From contig JAYTHY010000087.1 in NCBI GenBank assembly GCA_043732185.1, positions 1-64,000 of the forward strand: DNA of 64,000 bases, written 5' to 3'. Source of the stretch: Fibrobacteria bacterium (lineage in GTDB: Bacteria; Fibrobacterota; Fibrobacteria; UBA11236). Position 1 is the first letter of the stretch; each line of letters opens with the position of its first letter. Under the pieces are notes generated by a model. The model was given only the letters and a program-made list of their open reading frames with translations. It had not been told where the DNA came from and did no database searches. Below, piece after piece: positions 19,355-27,725 of this stretch. The translations under genes and the position numbers were made by a program.

Positions 19355-20122
19355 ATGGGAATTATCAAGATTAGCTACCTGGCCATATTGGGTTGCCTAG
19401 TCCTAGCCGGCTGCGAGATTGCGCCTAAATTGACCACCCAATCGGATTTATTGACAGGATCCGGCTCAACGCCGGCTTCTCAAAAGGGACCGAGTTGCAA
19501 TAGCTGCCACAGCTATCCACTGCATGATGTGAATCACAATTACCATTTAATGTCCGCCAACGTCAATCGAAACAACTTAGGCCAGCCGGAGCTGAATGCT
19601 GTCACTACTTGCATGGATTGTCATTTCAATTCCATTCGTCACTTCTCATATGTCCACTCCGATACCACTTGGATGGATTCGAATGGAGTGGAACTAACCG
19701 GACATGCTCATGCGAGCGATAAGATTATGAAAACGGTCAGCTACCCAAGATGGCGTCCTCTACCCTATGCAACTATGGATACCACGAGAAAGGAAGCCTT
19801 GGCAACGGAAATAGACTCCTTGGTGTTTCGTCAAGCGCGCATGGGCGAAATGGTTGAATGGATGACATCCTGGGCACATAACAATGGAGTCGTCGATGTT
19901 GCCTTTGCACCCAATGATATCACGAAACCGGAATTTTTGGTTTCAGCCTACCGCCCAAAAGATTTATCCTGTTCAACCGTTACCTGTCATAATCAGCGTG
20001 ATCCCGGCTATCGCTGGATGTCACCCAGACTTGGACTGAGCAATTGCCCGTCACTAGATGGTCATGATCCTACTTGTCCTGGTGAAGTAGGGCCACCCGT
20101 TTCCCCATCGGTAGCCCCATGA
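19355..20122 (+). CDS. Lipoprotein multiheme c-type cytochrome (CxxCH/CxxxxCH family)
   Basis: Lipobox LAGC; CNSCH, CMDCH, HNNGVVDVAF...CSTVTCH. An alternative start is at 19310. Confidence 0.8.
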   Translation: MGIIKISYLAILGCLVLAGCEIAPKLTTQSDLLTGSGSTPASQKGPSCNSCHSYPLHDVNHNYHLMSANVNRNNLGQPELNAVTTCMDCHFNSIRHFSYVHSDTTWMDSNGVELTGHAHASDKIMKTVSYPRWRPLPYATMDTTRKEALATEIDSLVFRQARMGEMVEWMTSWAHNNGVVDVAFAPNDITKPEFLVSAYRPKDLSCSTVTCHNQRDPGYRWMSPRLGLSNCPSLDGHDPTCPGEVGPPVSPSVAP

Positions 20123-20349
20123 ATAAAATGAATCGGGACAGCATATTTATCTGCTTCATAATTTTGGTAACCTTGGCGTTACTGAGCGGATGCGCCTTTG
20201 TTCCCCAGGCCAATCGCGAATTCTTAAGCGACCCTATCATGCAGCGGCATGATGACAATTTGGAAAGTGCCCTGGAAGGCCATGACATGCCACGTCGTGA
20301 GGGATCTGTGGGCGGCAGTTCCGGTTCAGGTGGCGGTTGCGGATGTTAA
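20119..20349 (+). CDS. DUF4266-family small lipoprotein
   Basis: Lipobox LSGC; REFLSDPIM; C-terminus REGSVGGSSGSGGGCGC. Confidence 0.92.
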   Translation: MNKMNRDSIFICFIILVTLALLSGCAFVPQANREFLSDPIMQRHDDNLESALEGHDMPRREGSVGGSSGSGGGCGC

Positions 20350-21530
20350 GTAATTACACGGCAAACCGCGCTCTGACGTGGATTGTTATTTGTTGCGGGC
20401 TCCTGCAGGCCGAATCGGGAAGCACTTTGGAAATAAAACATGAATATTTCTGGGACCGAAATAGAGTCTGGAACCATACACCTGGTTTCGCCTTGAAAAA
20501 AGCCTTGTCCAGAAGTTGGAGCCTTGGTTGGGAACAGGAATTGGACATTGTCAGCGGAGCTTCCCGGAGGCTAGGTGCGGACAAGGTTGGCCTATTTGGA
20601 AATCGCGAAGTGGATGCTATTTCCAATGCATCCAAAGTGGAGGTCCGGCATTCCGAAAATCCTTCTCTAACTTATTCTCATAAAGGGGTGGCAATAGACG
20701 CCTCATACTATATCAGCAGGGAAAATGATTATTTCTCCCAATCACCCGCTGGTTCCATCGCGTGGGATTTCAACGATCGGAACACTACGGTAGGCGTGAA
20801 CTATGCTGAATTTTTTGACAGGTTTATACCCAAAGGCGCATACGCTGGGTTGGGAGGCAGAAAACGCATCACCAGTATGGGTGCAACGGTTGCGCAGTCC
20901 ATTACCTCCTTAACCTTGGTGGGACTAACGGCGACCTGGATACAAAGCCATGGCTTTCTAGGTCACCCCTACAATCCTCCCGTGGATGTTACCGGCACCA
21001 TGCTTTTGGAAAAAGTTCCCGATACCAAACAGGCTGGCGCATTATCAGGACAAATCGTTCAGGGATATCATTTAGGTGATCGACTAGGATCCATTAACTT
21101 AGATGCCCGAAGGTATCAAGATGATTGGGGAATGAAATCCTCGACCATTGATTTCAAATTGAGCCAGTATTTTACGGAAACCTCTTTTATCCGTTTTCGG
21201 CTTAGGTATTACAACCAATCCGGTTCCGCTTTTGCCAAGCCCATCTATACCGGTCAGGAAACGTATCGAACGGGGGATATCCGATACTATCCGTTTACAT
21301 CCTGGCTTGGAGGTGTAAAAATCTCATCCGTTTTTCCTGACAGCTGGGGAGAATCCCTTTTTCTCCCGGATCGCTGGGATATCAAATATGATCAAACTTT
21401 TCGAGATACGCGCGGGGATCCCGTAGGCACTGGCGCTGGAGTCCCTAGAAGTATTACCTATCAACTCTATGCACCTGAAGATGCATATATGCAGGGCGTG
21501 TTTATGTTTGGCCTGTCTTTCAATTTATAA
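20337..21530 (+). CDS. DUF3570-family outer-membrane beta-barrel protein
   Basis: DIVSGAS and DAISNAS motifs, SRENDYFS, DFNDRNTT, GFLGHPY, RYQDDWG, RLRYYNQS; follows DUF4266. Confidence 0.88.
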   Translation: MRMLSNYTANRALTWIVICCGLLQAESGSTLEIKHEYFWDRNRVWNHTPGFALKKALSRSWSLGWEQELDIVSGASRRLGADKVGLFGNREVDAISNASKVEVRHSENPSLTYSHKGVAIDASYYISRENDYFSQSPAGSIAWDFNDRNTTVGVNYAEFFDRFIPKGAYAGLGGRKRITSMGATVAQSITSLTLVGLTATWIQSHGFLGHPYNPPVDVTGTMLLEKVPDTKQAGALSGQIVQGYHLGDRLGSINLDARRYQDDWGMKSSTIDFKLSQYFTETSFIRFRLRYYNQSGSAFAKPIYTGQETYRTGDIRYYPFTSWLGGVKISSVFPDSWGESLFLPDRWDIKYDQTFRDTRGDPVGTGAGVPRSITYQLYAPEDAYMQGVFMFGLSFNL

Positions 21531-21542
21531 AGGAGAACCAAT

Positions 21543-22220
21543 ATGAATATTTCGATGCCACATACGCTCGCTAAAACCGCCGCGCTATTTTGCATGGCCG
21601 CTTCATTTCAAGTACATGCCGCCAAGTTCACCAGACTGCCTGAATTCACTTTGCAGGATGTCGATGGAAAGGCTTGGAGCAGTTCCGAATTAAATGGAAA
21701 GGCATGTGTGGTAGATTTTTGGGCGACATGGTGCAATACCTGTAAGGAAACCATTCCCAAGCTTGCCGAGTTGAGCAGCAAATACAAGGACCAGGGACTT
21801 GTTGTTGTCGGTATCAGTGTTGACAAAGGCTCTTCCGAAAAAATCGGCAAGGCCGCGAAAAAACTTGGCATCAACTACCTGGTTTTACTCGATAAAGAAA
21901 ATTCCCTCAGTAAATCCTTTGGCTTCACGGGCATTCCTTCTCTATATGTTTTTGACGGCCACGGAAATTTGAAAACGGCGATGCCGGGATACGATCCCGA
22001 TCAAGAAAAACAGTTGACCGTGGCTACGGATCAGGCCCTAGCGGAACAAGTCGCGGAAACCGATAAGGCCAAGGTAATGGAGAAGGACAAGGAAAAAGAG
22101 AAAGAAAACGCCCGGCTGGAAGAATTAGCCTTGGCCTCAAAGGCTCAGGAAGGCTCTAACAAAGTGTCACATAGCCACGATGTTAAAACCAAAAAGACCA
22201 AAAAGAAGGCGGGAACATGA
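21543..22220 (+). CDS. TlpA-family thiol:disulfide reductase with a charged C-terminal tail
   Basis: VDFWATWCNTC, VVGISVD, cis-Pro loop GIPS; signal peptide. Confidence 0.92.
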   Translation: MNISMPHTLAKTAALFCMAASFQVHAAKFTRLPEFTLQDVDGKAWSSSELNGKACVVDFWATWCNTCKETIPKLAELSSKYKDQGLVVVGISVDKGSSEKIGKAAKKLGINYLVLLDKENSLSKSFGFTGIPSLYVFDGHGNLKTAMPGYDPDQEKQLTVATDQALAEQVAETDKAKVMEKDKEKEKENARLEELALASKAQEGSNKVSHSHDVKTKKTKKKAGT

Positions 22221-22915
22221 TTAGCAGTCAAAATTTAACCACAGCACTTTCAACTGGGTCCCTTGGGGCAATAGTGTTGTGCTTTCTGGCAGGAGTTGGT
22301 TCCAGCTTTACCCCATGTATTTACCCATTGATTCCCGTGACGATAAGCATTCTGGGTACTCGAAATGCCGAATCGAAATTTCGTGGGTTCTTACTCACCT
22401 TGTTTTATGTCGGTGGAATTGCCACAACCTATGCAGCCCTGGGAATGGTAGCGGCTTTCACCGGATCTCTATTTGGTTCCCTAAGTTCTAATTCATGGGT
22501 GCTCCTGGGCGTGGCCGCAGTTGTCATGGCCCTTGCGCTCAATATGCTCGACGTTTTCCAAATCAATTTCGCGCGACTCACGATGGGTGGCAACGGCCAG
22601 CATAAGCAAGGGTTGTTTTCAAATTTTATTTATGGTTTAACATTCGGACTTGTGGCCTCACCCTGTACAGCACCTCCTCTAGCTGTGATACTCGCATGGG
22701 TAGGCTCTACCCACAATGTAATCATGGGTCCTCTACTCCTTTTTGTTTTTGCGCTGGGAATGGGTTCCATTCTGATCATGATTGGCACCTTCTCCTCCTT
22801 TCTCACCCGACTTCCCCGTTCCGGCATGTGGATGGTCTACATCAAAAAAATCATGGGTTACATGATGGTTTTAATGTCAGGGTACTTCGTATTCCAAGCC
22901 GGCGTTCAATGGTAA
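22217..22915 (+). CDS. ccdA: CcdA/DsbD transmembrane electron transporter
   Basis: SSFTPCIYPLIP, ASPCTAP, LPRSGMWM; about 6 TM segments. Confidence 0.9.
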   Translation: MISSQNLTTALSTGSLGAIVLCFLAGVGSSFTPCIYPLIPVTISILGTRNAESKFRGFLLTLFYVGGIATTYAALGMVAAFTGSLFGSLSSNSWVLLGVAAVVMALALNMLDVFQINFARLTMGGNGQHKQGLFSNFIYGLTFGLVASPCTAPPLAVILAWVGSTHNVIMGPLLLFVFALGMGSILIMIGTFSSFLTRLPRSGMWMVYIKKIMGYMMVLMSGYFVFQAGVQW

Positions 22916-22940
22916 AACCATCAATTAAATGGAGTCAAAA

Positions 22941-23729
22941 ATGAACAGAAAAATTATTTCAACGGCCACGGCAATTCTGATCGCTTTCCTCTGCATAACA
23001 CGTAATAACGTAGTCGCCCGTCCCGATGCGGTCTCCGCAGCCAGCCTAACAGTTACGGTCACCAGCGTGACCGCTACCACCGCTGTCATCACTTATTCAA
23101 AAGACAAATATGATTACGGCACCCGAACGCTTTGTTATGATCCCGCTCCTGCTGTTGCCAAAAACAATTGCACAGTTAAAAATGCAGCAGGAAATCAAGG
23201 AACATTCACCATTTCCGGATTGTCATCCGGCATCGTCTACAATTTCAACATCCAAGCCATTGATACCCAAGGTGGTGAGAAGCCTTATGCCACTGCTGGA
23301 TCCTTTACAACCTTGACTTCGACGGTTATTTCTCCGGCTAGTATTTCTACCCAACCCAGCAATCAAACAGTCAAAGTCGGCTCAGCGGCGACATTTAGCG
23401 TAATTGCGGCAGGCACGCCAACGTTAACCTATCAGTGGCGCAAAGGCGGAGTAAACATCACTGGCGCCACTTTGGCCAGCTATACCACTCCGGCTACGGT
23501 AATTGGAGACAATGGCGGTTTGTATTCTGTCGTGATTAATAACGGGGCCATGCTTCCTGTTACAAGCGCGAATGCTACTTTGACTGTACAACCCGTTACC
23601 CAAATAGCATCCTATGCCCAAAAGCTGCGCGGTTCTCATTCGCTCCACGGCGAAGTCTATGACCTACGGGGCCGACCGATTCTTAAAAAAGGCACCCAAA
23701 CAAGTTCTTCCGTTCGACCCATTAAATAG
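22941..23729 (+). CDS. Secreted FN3-like plus Ig-domain protein with an N-terminal DAVSAAS motif
   Basis: Signal peptide; ISGLSSGIVYNFNIQA; ISTQPSNQTV..G..ATFSV...TLTYQWRK...DNGGLYSVVI; tail YDLRGR. An alternative start is at 22929. Confidence 0.8.
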   Translation: MNRKIISTATAILIAFLCITRNNVVARPDAVSAASLTVTVTSVTATTAVITYSKDKYDYGTRTLCYDPAPAVAKNNCTVKNAAGNQGTFTISGLSSGIVYNFNIQAIDTQGGEKPYATAGSFTTLTSTVISPASISTQPSNQTVKVGSAATFSVIAAGTPTLTYQWRKGGVNITGATLASYTTPATVIGDNGGLYSVVINNGAMLPVTSANATLTVQPVTQIASYAQKLRGSHSLHGEVYDLRGRPILKKGTQTSSSVRPIK

Positions 23730-23835
23730 TATTGGCCCAATCCTCGTCCTGATTCTCTCCCTGTCGCAGTTCCAGGGGAGAATCCTACATTTTTTTCCTA
23801 TAATAGAATCCAGAATGCCTTGCAAGGAAGTTAAA

Positions 23836-24882
23836 ATGCCATTCCGATTCGTAGCCCCTTTTTTGGCCTTGTTTTTTGTCAACTGTCAGGATACGGCAAG
23901 AACGCACAACTGGTTTGCCATGGATACGAACATGGCTGTCTCACTTTTCGGATCCACTCCAGTTTCCGATGACAGCGTCTTTTACCGTCTGGAAGCGGAA
24001 ACAGAACGATTAAACCTTTTATTTAGTGATTTCTCATCTCGTTCCGCTTTATCAGAAATAAAGGGTCACATCGGTGATACTGTAACGGTTCATCCGGAAA
24101 TATATCAAGTTCTAAAAATCGCTCTAGATGTAGGCGAAGCCACTCACGGTTCCTTTGATATCACCCTGCATGACTTGAAATGGATGTGGGGCCTCGGAAG
24201 TGGTCAAACCGGTCATGTACCAGATTCGACCAGCCTAGATTCCCTTCTGAAGGATAACCCCACCTATCATTCGCTGTGGGAGACGCCCAACCATAGGCCA
24301 CCGCTGACCTTACTTTCAGGCAATCGAGCCGTGCTGCATCGCGAAAATACCCAAATTGATTTAGGCGCTATCGCCAAAGGTTTTATAGTGGATAAGCTGC
24401 ATGCATTGCTCGATTCCCTTGGTTGCCCCAACCATATTCTGCAAGCCGGAGGAGAGATTCGGCTCGGCGGAAAAAAAAAGTCCGGCACCTGGAGCATCGG
24501 CATACGACATCCCCGCGCAGCAGATTCCTTGAGCGGGCTGATTGCGAGCATCACCCCAAAAGCAATTTCCACATCCGGTGACTATGAACGGTTTTTCGAA
24601 TCAGGGGGAATACGCTATCACCACATCTTTGATCCCCGAACTGGTAAACCCGCACCAAAATATTGTGGCGTGACTGTTGTTACGGATTCAAGTGTTTGGG
24701 CCGATGCCATGTCCACTTCGCTTTTTATCCTTGGTCCGGAAAAAGGCATGCCCGTAGCACGACAATATCATGCGGCCGCTGTTTGGTTTGAGGCGCGACC
24801 AACTGGATTATGTGCCATCCCCATGCCGGAAATTTTTCCCATACTTAACCTACAGGGAATGTCTAACTGTAGCTCCCGATAA
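23836..24882 (+). CDS. apbE: FAD:protein FMN transferase ApbE
   Basis: FAMDT, GSFDIT, IDLGAIAKG, AGGEI, STSGDYERFF, YHHIFDPRTG, ADAMST; RBS before ATG 23836. Confidence 0.95.
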   Translation: MPFRFVAPFLALFFVNCQDTARTHNWFAMDTNMAVSLFGSTPVSDDSVFYRLEAETERLNLLFSDFSSRSALSEIKGHIGDTVTVHPEIYQVLKIALDVGEATHGSFDITLHDLKWMWGLGSGQTGHVPDSTSLDSLLKDNPTYHSLWETPNHRPPLTLLSGNRAVLHRENTQIDLGAIAKGFIVDKLHALLDSLGCPNHILQAGGEIRLGGKKKSGTWSIGIRHPRAADSLSGLIASITPKAISTSGDYERFFESGGIRYHHIFDPRTGKPAPKYCGVTVVTDSSVWADAMSTSLFILGPEKGMPVARQYHAAAVWFEARPTGLCAIPMPEIFPILNLQGMSNCSSR

Positions 24883-24890
24883 GGCCTGTA

Positions 24891-25283
24891 TTGCAACCTC
24901 GCACATTTTTTCGCCCATTCGACGTTCTTGTTATCCTATTAGTAATCGGTTCCGGCGCATGGGCCATGCTGACTTTTCGTTATACTGAAGGCAGCCGAGC
25001 TGTGGTTTACATCGCCAATAAAAAATTCGCCTGGTACCCTTTGGCAGGAGAGACAAGACGCATTTCCATCCCAACGCAAATAGGAATGGTGTGGCTAGAA
25101 ATCGGATCGGGCACTGCTCGCGTAGTGAGCTCACCCTGTCCAAATAAACTCTGCGTTAAAACCGGAGTTGTCCGCCACAGTCATGAAGAAATCGTTTGTC
25201 TGCCGGCCAAGCTGCTGCTCACTCTGGAGGGCCCAGATGGACCCGGGCACATGAAAGCCGGAGCCGATGCCATCACCTATTAA
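24891..25283 (+). CDS. NusG domain II (DUF1312)-containing membrane-anchored protein, EetA-like
   Basis: N-terminal TM; SPCPNKLCVKTG...IVCLP. Confidence 0.9.
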   Translation: MQPRTFFRPFDVLVILLVIGSGAWAMLTFRYTEGSRAVVYIANKKFAWYPLAGETRRISIPTQIGMVWLEIGSGTARVVSSPCPNKLCVKTGVVRHSHEEIVCLPAKLLLTLEGPDGPGHMKAGADAITY

Positions 25284-26373
25284 GAAATTAAATCTCAACG
25301 CGGTCAAGCCACAGGCTTTTGCTTTGGCACTATTGATAGCCACCAGTCTACAAATCATGGAAAACCTGGTGCCGCGCATTCCATTGTTTCCTTGGATGCG
25401 AATTGGGCTTTCCTATGTCATCATTCTCCCTTTTCTCCTTGAGTACGGTGCGGCCCCCGCCTTTACACTTCTCCTGGCCCGTAATCTAATCGCTGTCCTT
25501 TATGGAGGCCAACCCTTTTCAACCTTCCTGATTGGGACAGGAGCCGGTGCCCTGGCACTGTTGGGCCTGGGGCCAATGATTCGTTGGCTCACCCATCAGC
25601 GATTTCTGGGCGTTCTCGGTGCGAGTGTTCTTTTAGCCACAGCTTTTAATTTGGCGCAATTGGCATTGGTCAAATGGCTGCTCATTCGCCATGCAGGTTT
25701 CTATTTCATGATTGGACCCATGTTGGCTTGGTCGCTTTTTTCTGGAGGGCTCGTGGCCGCGTTGGTCCATTATTCCGAATCCGATTTAACGCGCATGTTC
25801 ACGATAAGCGATAGTGGGCCCCAAACTCAACCCGTGAGTCCATCCACGATTTCAAAACAGCCTTTCAACAACTTGCACTTTTGCTTTGGTTTAGTGGCCC
25901 TGGCTGGATTACTACTTGGCAATTTATTTTGGATTCAAATTCCCGCACTGATTATTCTCATCTGGTTCTCACCCGATCGAGGCAAACGACTGGTAGCGGC
26001 TTGGCCTTTTTTCTTCTACATCGCCTATCTGCACTTGTTCCATACCCCTGGGAAGTTCTTTTTTAGAGATTGGGTAACCTATGAAGGACTGTCCCAATTT
26101 GGCGTCAACTCCTTACGGCTCGCCAATACCATTTTACTCGGCAGGATGCTGTCTCAAAAGTTTCCCTGGAAACTGGCCAGAAACTCCAAATCCCCGTACT
26201 TGCAGGGATTCCTCATGTCGTTGCCACTACTAACCAATATGTTTGAATCAAGTATGGAATTTGGCAGGGTGATTGGCAAACAGTTCTTAAAGGGTCAACG
26301 AAAGGGTTTGCTCACACCAGCCTTTGAGGCGTGGCGAACCAAAATGGAAGCTGGGACCAAAGATGCCCTTTAA
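25267..26373 (+). CDS. Gx transporter (HepS component I-like, EetB-like) with an EcfT-like C-terminal extension
   Basis: LQIMENLVPRIPLFPWMRIGLS, ATAFNLAQL; C-terminal LHLFHTPG...VTYEGL......LRL. Confidence 0.8.
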   Translation: MPSPIKKLNLNAVKPQAFALALLIATSLQIMENLVPRIPLFPWMRIGLSYVIILPFLLEYGAAPAFTLLLARNLIAVLYGGQPFSTFLIGTGAGALALLGLGPMIRWLTHQRFLGVLGASVLLATAFNLAQLALVKWLLIRHAGFYFMIGPMLAWSLFSGGLVAALVHYSESDLTRMFTISDSGPQTQPVSPSTISKQPFNNLHFCFGLVALAGLLLGNLFWIQIPALIILIWFSPDRGKRLVAAWPFFFYIAYLHLFHTPGKFFFRDWVTYEGLSQFGVNSLRLANTILLGRMLSQKFPWKLARNSKSPYLQGFLMSLPLLTNMFESSMEFGRVIGKQFLKGQRKGLLTPAFEAWRTKMEAGTKDAL

Positions 26374-26387
26374 ATGATGCGTAGCTT

Positions 26388-27707
26388 TTAAAAAAAGTAG
26401 GCGACTTTGCTGGACCAATACCATTCACTGGGCTTGAAAAGTACGGCTTCCATGGCAGGTGGATTATTGTCTCCGTAGCCTTTGAAAATGCCGGGACGGA
26501 AATGATCGCTGGCAGCTTGGATGCTTATTTTAACATGCTTTTGAAACACCTTAGACCCATATAATGACCATTTAAAATTATCTTCGGAATAGTTGGTGTC
26601 CAACTTCCCGATAGGAAATGGTGTAGGTGCACCGTAATGGTTATAACCAGATAAATCGTCTTTGAATTTTGCAGTATACCTCTCAAACTCAAAAGAGAGC
26701 CGATCCAAAACCTTGAAAGTAGGCAAGTTAATGCCAACCATAATTGGCATCCTATTTGAGTAATTTCCGTAAAGAGCCCTGTATGGTAAACCATTGTTCA
26801 ATCCAAGAATGGCTACTTCTCCATAGATTTTTAAATCCTCTGGGCCAAGTAATTCCAAATGCCCGAAAAGTGCCTTAAGGTCAATGGAGGCATTGGCCAT
26901 GACTTTAGTCCCTTTAAAGGAAATCCGAGTTGTATCGTCCACTACTGGTAATGTATCGATATAAATATTATTGGTATCAGATGTTATCTTGTTATCGATT
27001 GGAATCATGTGATAAAAATTGACCCCAGCTCCAATTCGAAAGAACCTACCAAAAGTATAGCTCGTAACATATGCTGGAGAAATGTCCCAGTAGGGATAAT
27101 ATTCTGTTTCAAAGGCAAACAGCATATCGTTTTCAAAGCCACCTGTTTGGTGGTGAAATTGAAAACCTAAAGTATTGGCAACGGGCAGCACGTATTTCGT
27201 TTCAAAACCGGATAGCACATATCCTGGATAGACCGGCCCGCGCAATAAGTATAGGCCCAAATTTTGGGCATCAGGATTATAATCATAGGCGAATAACCCA
27301 GCACGAACGGAAAATTTGGTTTCGCCTTCATCCAAAACTCTGTAGTTGAAATTAGCGTTGGAGACATAAGGTGACACATCGACAGGAGCATATCCCCCCT
27401 CTCCATAATTTGCGGACAAAGAATGCCCGGCAACAGCACCAATGCCAGCCTCGATTCTAAGTTTTTCGGAAGGATTAATTGCAAAAGAGAACTGGGCTCC
27501 TGAGGAAATGAGCGGCTTCCAATCTAACCGTTTCCCTTGCGTCGTATCACTGCTTTTTACAATTGAAGCATACTGCATCCAGCCTGCTGCATGAAATGTT
27601 TTGTTCGAAAAATCGACAGCATGTACTGACGTAGCGACCATTGCTATTGCACTTATCCCTTTGACGCCATTAATGCGAAGGATTTTCAAAAATGTGCAAA
27701 GACTCAT
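26388..27707 (-). CDS. Putative outer-membrane beta-barrel protein, paralog 3
   Basis: Signal peptide; YNPDAQNLGLYLLRGPVYPG; ends KVAYFF. Confidence 0.75.
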   Translation of the reverse strand: MSLCTFLKILRINGVKGISAIAMVATSVHAVDFSNKTFHAAGWMQYASIVKSSDTTQGKRLDWKPLISSGAQFSFAINPSEKLRIEAGIGAVAGHSLSANYGEGGYAPVDVSPYVSNANFNYRVLDEGETKFSVRAGLFAYDYNPDAQNLGLYLLRGPVYPGYVLSGFETKYVLPVANTLGFQFHHQTGGFENDMLFAFETEYYPYWDISPAYVTSYTFGRFFRIGAGVNFYHMIPIDNKITSDTNNIYIDTLPVVDDTTRISFKGTKVMANASIDLKALFGHLELLGPEDLKIYGEVAILGLNNGLPYRALYGNYSNRMPIMVGINLPTFKVLDRLSFEFERYTAKFKDDLSGYNHYGAPTPFPIGKLDTNYSEDNFKWSLYGSKVFQKHVKISIQAASDHFRPGIFKGYGDNNPPAMEAVLFKPSEWYWSSKVAYFF

Positions 27708-27725
27708 TGATGCCTTCCTGAAGTC

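Noticed and set aside
23614..23835. Long N-terminal extension of ApbE in the ORF track
   Set aside because: It overlaps the upstream gene; the RBS and signal-like sequence support ATG 23836.
24891..26373. Transcription factor NusG and a true heptaprenyl diphosphate synthase
   Set aside because: These family names are misleading here: there are no NGN/KOW domains or DDxxD motifs, and both are membrane proteins.
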